Notes: generated by a model not told the origin, from the letters alone. 64,000 nucleotides of DNA from a bacterium (GCA_030629005.1 DAOVPV010000005.1:462-64461), one strand, 5' to 3'. Numbered from the stretch's first letter, positions 37,510-47,296 are shown. Program-made: numbers and translations.

Positions 37510-39171
37510 TTAAACAACAGTTGGTGTTATAAAAATCATTAACTGATCATCACTTTTTAATTTTCTTCTACCAGAAAAAAGCAAACCTAATAATGGAATA
37601 TTCTGCAACACAGGAACTCCATTTTTAATTTTACGCTTTTCATTAGAAATTAGACCACCAATTAAAGTCGTCTGCCCGCTACCAAGAAGAACTCTATTCT
37701 TTGATTTGTTCATAACAATTACAGAAGTCTTTGCTGCAAATGTTGCATCTTTAAAATAAGAATGCTCTACAAAAATATCTAAAAATACAGATTTTCCATC
37801 CGGAGAAACTTCTGGTTTTACTTTAAGTTTCATGCCCAAATCTTTGTAACTTATGGTGTCAATACTTCTTAAAGAACCTTCTATCCGTTCTTGGACATTA
37901 GTTTCTATAGGCACTTGTTGACCTACCAAAATTTCTGCCGGCTCTCCACTGTTTACAAGCAAACTTGGTTTTAAAATAGTTTCTATTTCGCTTTTATTTT
38001 CAGCCGCATTTAAAACCAAATTTAAACGTTTAGAATTTAAATCATTGCCACCAAATATAAACGGGAAGTTTAAAAACCGACTTGCACTATCCGGTAATAA
38101 ATTCAAAGCCCAATCCATAAGATTCCCGTCTTTAAAATCCCCCTGCCCACCTGTTTTTATAGGACCAAATCCTGCAACATTCCATCCATGATTAATACTT
38201 GCAGATCTATTGTAAACACCAGAAACTTGAAATCCAAAACTTTCTTCAAAATCTTTAGCTGCAACTACAATTCGAGCCTCTATTCGAACCTGCGGGATAT
38301 TAGAATCTATTTCTTTTAAATAGTTTTTAAAATCTCTCGCCTGAGACTGTAGGCATCTAAAAAAAATCTTCTTGGTATTGTCATCAAAAGCAATATAAAA
38401 GCCATCTTTACTTTCTATGCTTCCAACAATCCCTGCCCACATTTTTTCCACACGCAATTTAAAACTCTCAGTCCACTTTGCATTATTAACAGTAAATGAT
38501 TCCGCAATAAAAGAATTACTTCTAATATTCTTTAGAATCGGTACAGCCTTAACCGCCGGCATAATACGTAAAATATTATTTTGATTTATTAATACTAATT
38601 CCGACTGCACGCTAGATAATATTATTTTCAATGCATTATCAAGACTTATATTCTTAAAATTTATATTTTGTAGTACACCAAAAACAGACGAGTCTATAAC
38701 AAAATTTAAACCGGCTGTCTGAGCAATAAGAGATATGATGCTTTTTATATCAGCTGATTTTATTTTTAACGATATTTTATTATTCAAAAGAGATTTATGA
38801 TTATATTGTGAATCTATAACCTCTTGTAAATCTTGCAATACTAACTTTTTAACAGGTAGCACATCTTGCTTACTAACATCCTGTTTATCATTTTTAAATT
38901 GAGATAAAAAGTTATCTAACTTTGCTTTGTCATTTATTAACTCTTCCGCCCTTTTTTCTAATTGTTTATCTGAGCTTTTTACGATTTCTTTAACCGTCTT
39001 ACCAAACCGTTCTAGCTCTTTATCTTCAGATTTATCCTTTGCCTCTTGTAGCAATTCTGAAGTATAACTTGGAACGCGAGATAAATCAGGATTTTCATTT
39101 GGCAAAAAAACGTCATTTGCATTTAGTTTTAAAAAAAATAAAATAAAAAATAAGATCAAAATAAAATTCAT
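37510..39171 (-). CDS. pilQ: Secretin (type IV pilus PilQ-like)
   Basis: 553 aa; C-terminal secretin signature 'NGVPVLQNIPLLGLLFSG...IFITPTVV'; preceded by small PilP-like and PilO-like genes. Confidence 0.75.
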   Translation of the reverse strand: MNFILILFFILFFLKLNANDVFLPNENPDLSRVPSYTSELLQEAKDKSEDKELERFGKTVKEIVKSSDKQLEKRAEELINDKAKLDNFLSQFKNDKQDVSKQDVLPVKKLVLQDLQEVIDSQYNHKSLLNNKISLKIKSADIKSIISLIAQTAGLNFVIDSSVFGVLQNINFKNISLDNALKIILSSVQSELVLINQNNILRIMPAVKAVPILKNIRSNSFIAESFTVNNAKWTESFKLRVEKMWAGIVGSIESKDGFYIAFDDNTKKIFFRCLQSQARDFKNYLKEIDSNIPQVRIEARIVVAAKDFEESFGFQVSGVYNRSASINHGWNVAGFGPIKTGGQGDFKDGNLMDWALNLLPDSASRFLNFPFIFGGNDLNSKRLNLVLNAAENKSEIETILKPSLLVNSGEPAEILVGQQVPIETNVQERIEGSLRSIDTISYKDLGMKLKVKPEVSPDGKSVFLDIFVEHSYFKDATFAAKTSVIVMNKSKNRVLLGSGQTTLIGGLISNEKRKIKNGVPVLQNIPLLGLLFSGRRKLKSDDQLMIFITPTVV

Positions 39172-39188
39172 TACTACTTATCCTTAAT

Positions 39189-39521
39189 TTAATAGTTCAA
39201 GACTAACTTTAAGTTTTCTTTTAATAAAATAATATTATTGTTGCTTATTTCTAAAACCTTATATCCCCAAACAATATCATCTTTAAAAACAACTTCTTGA
39301 TTATTTAAATGTTGCAAAATCGCACCGTACCCTTTTTTATATTTGGTAATAGCCATAAGTTTGGGACCATAACTTTTAGAATATTCTATCTCAATTTTTT
39401 CGGAAGAAACACTTAATGTTGTTGAATAATTAAATGGATCTCGTATATTTTGCGAATGTAATCCGGAAAAAACATTTATTAAAAAACATATTTTGAAAAA
39501 AAAATTAATTTTTTTTATCAC
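39189..39521 (-). CDS. PilP-like small periplasmic protein
   Basis: 110 aa with leader; position immediately upstream of the secretin; assignment by context only. Confidence 0.4.
   Translation of the reverse strand: MIKKINFFFKICFLINVFSGLHSQNIRDPFNYSTTLSVSSEKIEIEYSKSYGPKLMAITKYKKGYGAILQHLNNQEVVFKDDIVWGYKVLEISNNNIILLKENLKLVLNY
39399..39420. repeat. Dispersed motif copy TTCGGAAGAAACACTTAATGTT (codes 'LSVSSEK')
   Basis: Direct reading; 26-nt similarity (TCAATYTTTTCGGAAGAAACACTWAA) with 39581-39606. Confidence 0.8.
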
Positions 39522-40113
39522 CCAAAAACTCCAGTACTCTATATTTGAGAATAAATAAAAGATTGTCTTTATCTATCGTTTCAATCTTTTCGGAAGAAAC
39601 ACTAAACTTTTTAGAATTTAATGTTAAAGATTTTATCTTTAAGAAATGGTTATTAACAAAATCATTTTTTAGAAAAGAAATAAAATTCTTAAAAGAACCA
39701 GAAAGCTTTAGTTCATACATATTCTTTCTACAAAAAGCTCTTTTTGCCTTAGATAAAAACTCAAAACTTACAACACTTAGATTATATTTTTCTAACAATG
39801 AAATCACTCGCAATTTATTATTTAATTTTAAATCTTGAATAAAATTTTTTCCCTGTTTTTCTGTTAATTTAGCAAACTCTATATCTAATTCATTATTCTT
39901 ATCTTTAGCACCCTCAAAGGAGAGTTTTTGTTGCTGTAAATTGTTAAGTTCAGCCAACTCCTTATTTACTGAAACATCTGTTGGATTAATTAAAAATAAA
40001 CGAAAAATAACAAAAATGATTAAAAATAATCCTAAAGACATTAAAAAACGTCTAAAAACACTGATATTTCTTAGAAAAATGATTATTCTATGTTCTTTTA
40101 AAATATTTGCCAT
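39505..40113 (-). CDS. PilO/PilN-like bitopic membrane protein
   Basis: 202 aa; single N-terminal TM helix followed by a coiled-coil segment; 17-nt overlap with the PilP-like gene. Confidence 0.4.
   Translation of the reverse strand: MANILKEHRIIIFLRNISVFRRFLMSLGLFLIIFVIFRLFLINPTDVSVNKELAELNNLQQQKLSFEGAKDKNNELDIEFAKLTEKQGKNFIQDLKLNNKLRVISLLEKYNLSVVSFEFLSKAKRAFCRKNMYELKLSGSFKNFISFLKNDFVNNHFLKIKSLTLNSKKFSVSSEKIETIDKDNLLFILKYRVLEFLGDKKN
39589..39607. repeat. Dispersed motif copy TTCGGAAGAAACACTAAAC (codes 'FSVSSEK')
   Basis: Direct reading; same orientation and frame as the other copies. Confidence 0.75.
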
Positions 40114-40321
40114 ACAAACTTTCTTAAATTTCGATTTATTGCAAACTAATAAACAAATATTTTAAAAGTAAATAAAAGAAAAATCTCTCACAAAATATCA
40201 CTTTTTTATCGAAAAATGACATTTTAATTGATTATCATTTGTTAAAAATCAGAAAGAAACCAGACTATTGATATAAAAAATTAAAAAACATTTTTTTAAA
40301 AAAAACCATTTGGAGGTTTAA

Positions 40322-41512
40322 ATGAAATCATTTTTAATAAAAATCACACTTTTTTCTATCTTAGCCACAAGTACAATAAATTATAATACTAAAGCAATGG
40401 GTTTTTTTTCTAAAGATCCCAAACAAAAAGAAGCAGAATTATCCAAAAATATCAAAACAATAACAGAAGAAATAATTGGTATAAGAAATTATATTCAGCA
40501 AACTGAAAATATAAATACAGCAAAATTAAGCGACTTAGAAAAAAAATTAAAAACGTTGAAAACAGAATATTTCAAAAAAAGAAAAGAACTTAAAGAAGTA
40601 CAAAAAACTTTAAGAGGTAAAAAAGCGTCTAAAGCAAGATTACGGTTAGAAGAAAATAAAAACAAAACTCTTGCTCAAATGAAAGAAGAAAGAGAGAGTC
40701 GACGCAAAAAAAATAAATCTAAAATAGAAAAAGCAAGAATCATAAAACAGTCCAGAGAAGAAAAAGAACTGTTATCAACGCTAGAAACAACTATAGCAAG
40801 AGAATTTAAGTCTACACTAACAGAACTTACAAACATAAATGATATTAAAAGAATTGTTGAAACAAGGCTAGATTCAATCGTTCCTAAAATAATAGACGCT
40901 ATAATTTTAGAAACTCAAATCTCTGAAAATCCTAATCATAAAATAATAAATAATATTGCAAAAAATATAAAAGCTTTATGGCTAGTTGCAAAAAAAAGAC
41001 TTAACAATATAAATATTCAAATACCAGAAACAGCTGCAAGAAAAAGAAAAAAAGAAAAAGCTTTTAATATCTGTGAAGAAGAAAATGCTTTATTGTTAGA
41101 AAGGCTCGAGGAGCTAGTTAAACCAGTCGTGAAAGAAAATATCTCTATTCTAGAAGATTACTTAATATCTTTAGATATAGAATTATTAAAAACAAATTCT
41201 GAAGCACTCGCTTTCGCTATAAATGAAATGCTCAATATTTTAATCTTTAATTCTTTTGAATTATTAGAAAACATCGGTGAAAATATTTTAATAGACTGGA
41301 TTATGGTTCAAAAAGATAAAATGCTCTTACCTGGAGCTATAGATAATACATTTGTAATAAGCATAGCTAGAGATGCAATAAAAAATTATGTAAAAGAATC
41401 TTTAGACAACCTATTAATTCTTGTAGAAGAAAAAAGAAACTTTATTACAGATCCAAGAGTACTTACTTATATACAAAAAAATATATTATCTGCTATAGAT
41501 ATACAAGATTAA
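40322..41512 (+). CDS. Leader-bearing coiled-coil protein, unknown function
   Basis: 396 aa; GGAGG RBS; leader; Lys/Glu-rich heptad-like N-terminal half. Confidence 0.6.
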   Translation: MKSFLIKITLFSILATSTINYNTKAMGFFSKDPKQKEAELSKNIKTITEEIIGIRNYIQQTENINTAKLSDLEKKLKTLKTEYFKKRKELKEVQKTLRGKKASKARLRLEENKNKTLAQMKEERESRRKKNKSKIEKARIIKQSREEKELLSTLETTIAREFKSTLTELTNINDIKRIVETRLDSIVPKIIDAIILETQISENPNHKIINNIAKNIKALWLVAKKRLNNINIQIPETAARKRKKEKAFNICEEENALLLERLEELVKPVVKENISILEDYLISLDIELLKTNSEALAFAINEMLNILIFNSFELLENIGENILIDWIMVQKDKMLLPGAIDNTFVISIARDAIKNYVKESLDNLLILVEEKRNFITDPRVLTYIQKNILSAIDIQD

Positions 41513-41549
41513 ATTAATATCGTTTTTAATTAATAGAATTATTATATAA

Positions 41550-41626
41550 CTAGATCCTGAAACAAGTTCAGGATGACAATTAAAAAAAAATCACTATTGT
41601 CATCCTAAACTTATTTCAGGATCTAG
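41550..41626. repeat. Inverted pair of AT-shifted hairpin elements (CTAGATCCTGAAACAAGTTCAGGATGACAAT, 15 nt, inverse copy); probable bidirectional terminator
   Basis: Arms 41550-41580 and 41596-41626 match 29/31 as an inverted repeat; lies between convergent genes; same family as 27644-27677. Confidence 0.7.
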
Positions 41627-41632
41627 TCTTTT

Positions 41633-42850
41633 TTAAAAAGTCTTTTGTACCCACTGAAATGGATTTACAGCAACATTGTTAACCCTAAGCTCCCAATGTA
41701 AGTGATAACCATTAGCATAACCAGTCATACCAAGCCTGCCAATCTTATTACCTTTTTTAAGCATATCGCCAATTTCTACATCTGCAAAATCTTCTAAATG
41801 ACAATAAATTGTAAATACACCAACACCGTGATCTATTACAATAGTATTTCCTGTTAATAAAAAGCGATCTTTAATAATAATTCTGCCAGCCTGACTTGCC
41901 CAAACCACACTCTTTGGCGAATTTAAAATATCAACAGCCTTGTGCAAATAATGCCCTTTTTCTGGAGTAGTTCGAACTTCACCAAAATAGGTAGTCACTC
42001 GTTTAACATCTATAGGCATTTCAAATCTTCCAGACCAAAGTTTTTTATTTGGAGAATCTTGTAACCATTTTTCTATAGCATCTTCCAAAATTTTATTGCT
42101 CATGCTAACTTCTTTTTCTTCTTCAAGTTTTTCCCTGTCTACAATAAAACCTTTCTGCCTTGGAAAATTATACTCCTGAATATCAACTCTACTTGCAAGG
42201 CTCATTTCGTTACCAACAAAGTCTTTTAACCTAGCATTCAAAAGATATTCACCTGCATTTAAATCACAATCTACAGGAATAAAGCATTCGTAAATGTTTG
42301 CATATTCAGATTCAGGATAAAACTTATATTTTTTTTCCAAAAATTGAACATCTAGTTTTTCTACCCTTTTATTCGTCTGAACTTTAGCATGAATTGTATG
42401 TCCCTGAGCAACCTTATATTCTTGGTTTAAAAATGCAGCCTTAAGGTCACTATTATCTACAATAAACTCTATGGTTTCTTCATTTCTATTTTTGTTTCTG
42501 CTAGAGTCTATAATTGCCACATTCAAAGTATGTTTTCCATCAGAAAGATCCACTGTGTCTATTTTAAATGGCAAATTAAAAACCTTTTTACCTATATTTC
42601 TAGAACCATCCACATCAACATGATCGCCATCCAAAAATACAGATATTAAATCAATTTTATATCCATTATTAGAATTTATAGCAACAGAAACCTCGCCTGC
42701 AACATATCCATCCTTTTTTATACCAGTAAGCATAATATCTGGCAGCTCAGAATGAGTAAAATAAGAAAAAACTTTAAGCCCTAAAAAACCTGTAATAAAT
42801 AAGACAAAACCAAAAAAAACTGGGAATTTTAACCTATCAAACATAAACAA
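41633..42850 (-). CDS. M23 family metallopeptidase (LytM-type) with N-terminal TM helix and beta-rich middle region
   Basis: 405 aa; 'HKAVDI' (HxxxD) and 'GYHLHWELR' (HxH). Confidence 0.8.
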   Translation of the reverse strand: MFMFDRLKFPVFFGFVLFITGFLGLKVFSYFTHSELPDIMLTGIKKDGYVAGEVSVAINSNNGYKIDLISVFLDGDHVDVDGSRNIGKKVFNLPFKIDTVDLSDGKHTLNVAIIDSSRNKNRNEETIEFIVDNSDLKAAFLNQEYKVAQGHTIHAKVQTNKRVEKLDVQFLEKKYKFYPESEYANIYECFIPVDCDLNAGEYLLNARLKDFVGNEMSLASRVDIQEYNFPRQKGFIVDREKLEEEKEVSMSNKILEDAIEKWLQDSPNKKLWSGRFEMPIDVKRVTTYFGEVRTTPEKGHYLHKAVDILNSPKSVVWASQAGRIIIKDRFLLTGNTIVIDHGVGVFTIYCHLEDFADVEIGDMLKKGNKIGRLGMTGYANGYHLHWELRVNNVAVNPFQWVQKTF

Positions 42851-42978
42851 CCCCTTTTGATGTTTTTAAATAATATTAAACAAAAAAATAATCCGCCACT
42901 TGCACTTGTGGTCCATTAAATATACATATTTTATATATGTAGTAAATACGTAGCAAGCTACTTTTTATTTAATATAAC

Positions 42979-43005
42979 AAAAAAAGCCCGCATTTACACG
43001 GGCTT
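42979..43005 (-). terminator. Rho-independent terminator downstream of the amine oxidase gene
   Basis: AAGCCCG / CGGGCTT stem with an 8-nt loop, followed on the minus strand by T7. Confidence 0.7.
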
Positions 43006-43041
43006 CAATAAAAATAATGTTATTTATTTTTACATTAAATT

Positions 43042-44517
43042 TTAATGTAATTGAGCCAAAATTTCATCTGCAGCCCTTGCACCAGCCCATGCAGCACCAG
43101 CAAGATCTGGAGAATACATATAATCACCGGCAAAGAAAATTTTATCTGAAACAGATGCTTGCAAGTCGGCTTGATAATTTGTTAAAAATTGTAAAGGTAA
43201 TTTTGCAATACCATTATCATATCGGTTAACTATAGAATCAATAACATCATTTTCGTGGTTGAAAAGAATTCCAGCGCATATTTCAAGTTCTTCTCCAACA
43301 GCATCAACTAAATTAGCATCATTCATAGCCAATAATGTTGAGTCTGTTACAATTGCGTTTACAACATTTGTTGCTTGTAAAAAATATCTATCGGAAGTAC
43401 CAATATCGAAAATTCTTCCAGTCTGACTTAACCAACCATTTATATCTTCATCCATATATAAAACACCATGTAAATTTTTCCCTAGAGGAAATTGTTTTAC
43501 ATATAAACTTACAATAGCTATTGAAGCATAATCTACAGCATTTAACGCTGTTTGTTTTGCCGTAGATAAACCCGAAACAATGTTTTTTGCTATGTAAGCA
43601 GGAGTTGCAACAACAGCATAATCTGCACTATAAGTTGAACTATCCAAGCATGTAACATCAACAGAATAACCATTAATAATAACATTTGTTACTACTTTAT
43701 TTGTAAGAACAGTGGCACCTTTAAAAATAAGGTCATCTTTAATTGCTTTAGCTAAAGATTCATTACCATCTTTTAATAAATACCGAACATCTTGATCTAC
43801 ATTACCATACCAACCAACAGGAACAATACCTGCTAAAGTAGAAACATCTCCACCAGCTTCACCGGCAAGTCCAGCTGCAATGTAATCTGCTACATCTTGA
43901 TTTAATGATTGATAGTTATATAAGTATGTATCTGTACCCATATTTTCTAGCGTATTCCAAATTGTATTTTGAGGATCTTTATCAAAATAAAATTCTTTTG
44001 TTCCAATAGAAGAACTATAATCTCCAGCAATTGCATTTAAACCTATCAAAAGCTTTGCTAAAAATAATAAATTTAGATTATGGTAATTACCATTTTTTAT
44101 GTAAGCCGTCTTTAGATCGTTAAGCGTTTTTTTTCTAATATCACCTATATAATAATCAATTATTGGATGCATATTATTGTAAATATATTGAGCACCTAAA
44201 TTCGATTGAATCCCACCAAGTTCTTCTGAATAAAGCTTACCACCAATATAATTCTGTGATTCTAATAATGTAACATTACAACCATTATCAATTGCAGTAA
44301 CTGCAGCAGCAAGACCAGCCATACCACCACCAACAACAAGAACACTTTTAGTTGTTTTTGTTACAATTGGTTGACCATTAATATCTCTTTTTACAAAAAC
44401 ATACTTTTTTTTTTCCACTTCTGAAGTAGGTACAACTTTTTCATCAACAACAACTTCTGCAAACACAGCTGTAACAAATAAAAATAAAACAGTTGTAGAT
44501 AATACTCTGAATTTCAT
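43042..44517 (-). CDS. Leader-bearing flavin amine oxidase family protein
   Basis: 491 aa; leader; 'VLVVGGGMAGLAAAVTAIDNGCNVTLLESQNYIGGK'; C-terminal 'IFFAGDY...AGAAWAGARAADEIL'. Confidence 0.75.
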   Translation of the reverse strand: MKFRVLSTTVLFLFVTAVFAEVVVDEKVVPTSEVEKKKYVFVKRDINGQPIVTKTTKSVLVVGGGMAGLAAAVTAIDNGCNVTLLESQNYIGGKLYSEELGGIQSNLGAQYIYNNMHPIIDYYIGDIRKKTLNDLKTAYIKNGNYHNLNLLFLAKLLIGLNAIAGDYSSSIGTKEFYFDKDPQNTIWNTLENMGTDTYLYNYQSLNQDVADYIAAGLAGEAGGDVSTLAGIVPVGWYGNVDQDVRYLLKDGNESLAKAIKDDLIFKGATVLTNKVVTNVIINGYSVDVTCLDSSTYSADYAVVATPAYIAKNIVSGLSTAKQTALNAVDYASIAIVSLYVKQFPLGKNLHGVLYMDEDINGWLSQTGRIFDIGTSDRYFLQATNVVNAIVTDSTLLAMNDANLVDAVGEELEICAGILFNHENDVIDSIVNRYDNGIAKLPLQFLTNYQADLQASVSDKIFFAGDYMYSPDLAGAAWAGARAADEILAQLH

Positions 44518-44754
44518 TCACTCTCCTAGTAAAAAATGAAATAATCCAATAAATATAAAAAACTAAACTAAATCTAAAAACACCCTCCCTATAAATTAAA
44601 AATTTCACCTATAAAAAACACGATTTTTGTATTTTACAAAATCACAAAATAAAAGGTCAACAAATGTAAATTTTTAAAAAACATTGCAACTAATAAAAGA
44701 AATATTTTATTATATTATTCAGTTTATAATAAAAAAATAGGAAGAATAAATATT

Positions 44755-44934
44755 ATGTTAAGATTAAATCTATTAAAAGACTTAAACCCACTAAACCAAT
44801 TAAAAGTACTAGATAAAGTTGGACAAATAAAAGATACTATCGGCCAAACAAAGCTTGCTATTTTTATTTTAGTTGGAGTCATGGCAGCAATACTAATTGC
44901 TTTAATTGTACTTATTTTAAAAAAAAGAAAATAG
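44755..44934 (+). CDS. Small C-terminally anchored membrane protein (59 aa), below the ORF-track size cutoff
   Basis: AGGAAG RBS 8 nt upstream of the ATG; 'MLRLNLLKDLNPLNQLKVLDKVGQIKDTIGQTKLAIFILVGVMAAILIALIVLILKKRK'. The TM helix plus KKRK tail looks more protein-like than the antisense 74-aa ORF. Confidence 0.4.
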   Translation: MLRLNLLKDLNPLNQLKVLDKVGQIKDTIGQTKLAIFILVGVMAAILIALIVLILKKRK

Positions 44935-44973
44935 CTAAAACTAATCACGTTACGACGCTTCTACGTAAAAAGA

Positions 44974-45861
44974 TTAAACAAAATTCGTTAGCCCTGGCCA
45001 AAAAGACCGACCTAGTCCTCCTGGATCCAATATACTAATCATGTAATTCGATTGTTTTTTATCTATTTTAAATAAAGTTTCTCCACGGTCAGTTTCAAAA
45101 ACATTTCCAGATATAAAATCATCGGTAAAAAATCTAACGCCCTTGATCATATAATTCAAGTTCAATAAAAAATTATTTAATCTTAATTTTGATAAATCTA
45201 CTAAATCAATAAAATCACTTTTTAAACAAAAATGAGAACAAACACCAGATGCAATAAAACTGCTTACACCAAATAAATCAAAATCAAAATAAATATCATA
45301 AGATGCGACTATATTAAAATTAATATAACCATCAAAATCACAATCTGAACTAATAATTAAACATAATTCATAAAATCCAGGTTCATCTTCAATTTCTAAA
45401 AGATTATGTGTAAAAGAATTTCGTAAATAAATATTTGAATCTATATCTAAAGTAAATTTATAAAAATTATCTAAACTATGCTTATATAACAAATCTTTTT
45501 TTTTACAAGAAATCTTAGAAATCTCTTCTGCGTATCCTTTCAAACAAACCTTTGGATTATTAAAATTAATATTCAAATTACAAACAATATTACCATCGTT
45601 TTTTACAGTAATTTTTTTTATTTTGGAAAATATCATTTTTTTTTCTGTAAGAGTTTCCGCAGGAACAACCGATTGAGCCCTAGAATTAAAAGGATCTTTA
45701 ACAACATCTTCATCTTCTTGCCCTGACAACGGAGCACTCCGTTGAATTCCAGCCTTCTTATCAGATTCACTCATAGAGCGCCACAAACGGCCAAAGCTCA
45801 TTATATTTGATAAGCTTAGACCAAATAAAAAAATTATAAAAACAAAATACTTAATTTTCAT
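44974..45861 (-). CDS. Leader-bearing protein of unknown function, last gene of the NfeD-stomatin operon
   Basis: 295 aa; leader; starts 5 nt after the stomatin stop. Confidence 0.6.
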   Translation of the reverse strand: MKIKYFVFIIFLFGLSLSNIMSFGRLWRSMSESDKKAGIQRSAPLSGQEDEDVVKDPFNSRAQSVVPAETLTEKKMIFSKIKKITVKNDGNIVCNLNINFNNPKVCLKGYAEEISKISCKKKDLLYKHSLDNFYKFTLDIDSNIYLRNSFTHNLLEIEDEPGFYELCLIISSDCDFDGYINFNIVASYDIYFDFDLFGVSSFIASGVCSHFCLKSDFIDLVDLSKLRLNNFLLNLNYMIKGVRFFTDDFISGNVFETDRGETLFKIDKKQSNYMISILDPGGLGRSFWPGLTNFV

Positions 45862-45866
45862 AAAAC

Positions 45867-46820
45867 CTATTTTGCATTAAAAACCTCTTTAATCGTAGAT
45901 AAAGATCCCATAAGAGCGCTAGACTCATATGGCAACAATATCATTTTACCATTTTTATCTTTTGTTATTTCTGGCAATGCCTTTATATAATTAAGCGCAA
46001 CCATGTATGGCAACGGATTAGAACCAGGAATAGATTTTTGAATCATTTGAATTGCTTCAGATTCAGCTTTAGTTGTTAAAAGTCTAGCTTCAGCTTCACC
46101 TTGTGCTCGTGTAATTTTCGCAACCTTTACACCTTCTGATTCCAAAATAGCATATTGCTTTTTACCTTCTGCTTCTAAAATCAATGCACGTTTATCACGT
46201 TCTGCACGCATTTGTTTTTCCATAGCAACACGAATATCTTGCGGAGGATTAACTTCCTGAAGCTCAACTCTATTTACCTTTACACCCCATTTATCTGTTG
46301 CATCATCTAAAATTTCACGTAACTTGTCATTAATTTTATCTCTAGAAACCAACGATTCATCTAAGTCTAAAGCACCAATAACATTACGCAAAGTTGTTTG
46401 AGTTAACTTTTCTATAGCTTGAGGCAAATTAGAAACTTCATAAATAGCTCTTAATGGATCTGTTATTTGATAATATAACAACGCATTAATTTCCATTGTG
46501 ACATTATCACGAGTAATAACATTTTGTTTAGGAAAATCATAAACAGATTCCCTTAAATCTATACGTTCCATAACTTTACTGTATCTGTACATTCTTCCTG
46601 GAGTCGCAGGAGATTCTTTTACAAAAGACCAAAGAACTCTTCTTGGCTGATCCACAAAAGGTAAAATGAAATGCAATCCTGATTGCAAAATCTTACTATA
46701 TTTACCCAAACGTTCTATTAATATGACTTCAGATTGTTTTACAATATAAGTCACTTTAGATATTACAAGTAATAAAAAGAAAACTAATACAATAAAAAAA
46801 GTATAAAACGTAAAAATCAT
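45867..46820 (-). CDS. SPFH/band-7 (stomatin-like) protein
   Basis: 317 aa; N-terminal TM; 'VTMEINALLYYQITDPLRAIYEV', 'RAERDKRALILEAEGKKQ'. Confidence 0.85.
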   Translation of the reverse strand: MIFTFYTFFIVLVFFLLLVISKVTYIVKQSEVILIERLGKYSKILQSGLHFILPFVDQPRRVLWSFVKESPATPGRMYRYSKVMERIDLRESVYDFPKQNVITRDNVTMEINALLYYQITDPLRAIYEVSNLPQAIEKLTQTTLRNVIGALDLDESLVSRDKINDKLREILDDATDKWGVKVNRVELQEVNPPQDIRVAMEKQMRAERDKRALILEAEGKKQYAILESEGVKVAKITRAQGEAEARLLTTKAESEAIQMIQKSIPGSNPLPYMVALNYIKALPEITKDKNGKMILLPYESSALMGSLSTIKEVFNAK

Positions 46821-46849
46821 ATAAAACTCCTAAAAAAAATATAATACAT

Positions 46850-47296
46850 TTACTTAACCATTAATCGATTTCCTTTAACAGAATCAACTTTCACCGTTTG
46901 GCCTTCTAAAATATCAACCCCATTTTTACTAAAAGCCGACCAAATTTCACCTCCAACTTTAACCAAACCAGAATCACTTTTAGTTATAACTTTTACAATA
47001 ATACCATCTTTACCAGCCAATGCATCTACATTTGTCGGCACTCTTTTGTATTCTGTAGCCTTTAAATATTTTCTAAATATAAAAAAAGTAATTAAAAAAG
47101 AAGTTACTAAAGTTATACATTGAACAAAAAAAGAGCATCCTAAAAATGCAGCGCCTGATGCAAAAACAGCACCAATAGAAAAGGTTATAAAAAAGAACAA
47201 ACCTGGTGTAGATAATTCTAATAATAAAAATAACAAAGCAACCAAAAGCCAAAAATAGCCTAGTTGCTCAAAATTAAAAACAATTTCATACAACAT
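46850..47296 (-). CDS. NfeD-family membrane protein
   Basis: 148 aa; three TM helices and a C-terminal OB-like 'GLVKVGGEIWSAFS...GQTVKVDSVKGNRLMV'; canonical partner gene of stomatin. Confidence 0.75.
   Translation of the reverse strand: MLYEIVFNFEQLGYFWLLVALLFLLLELSTPGLFFFITFSIGAVFASGAAFLGCSFFVQCITLVTSFLITFFIFRKYLKATEYKRVPTNVDALAGKDGIIVKVITKSDSGLVKVGGEIWSAFSKNGVDILEGQTVKVDSVKGNRLMVK

Noticed and set aside
44724-44948. 74-aa minus-strand ORF from the ORF track.
   Set aside because: It has no RBS and a composition typical of antisense sequence. The overlapping 59-aa plus-strand ORF (44755-44934) has an AGGAAG RBS and a clean TM helix plus basic tail, so I list that one instead, at low confidence.
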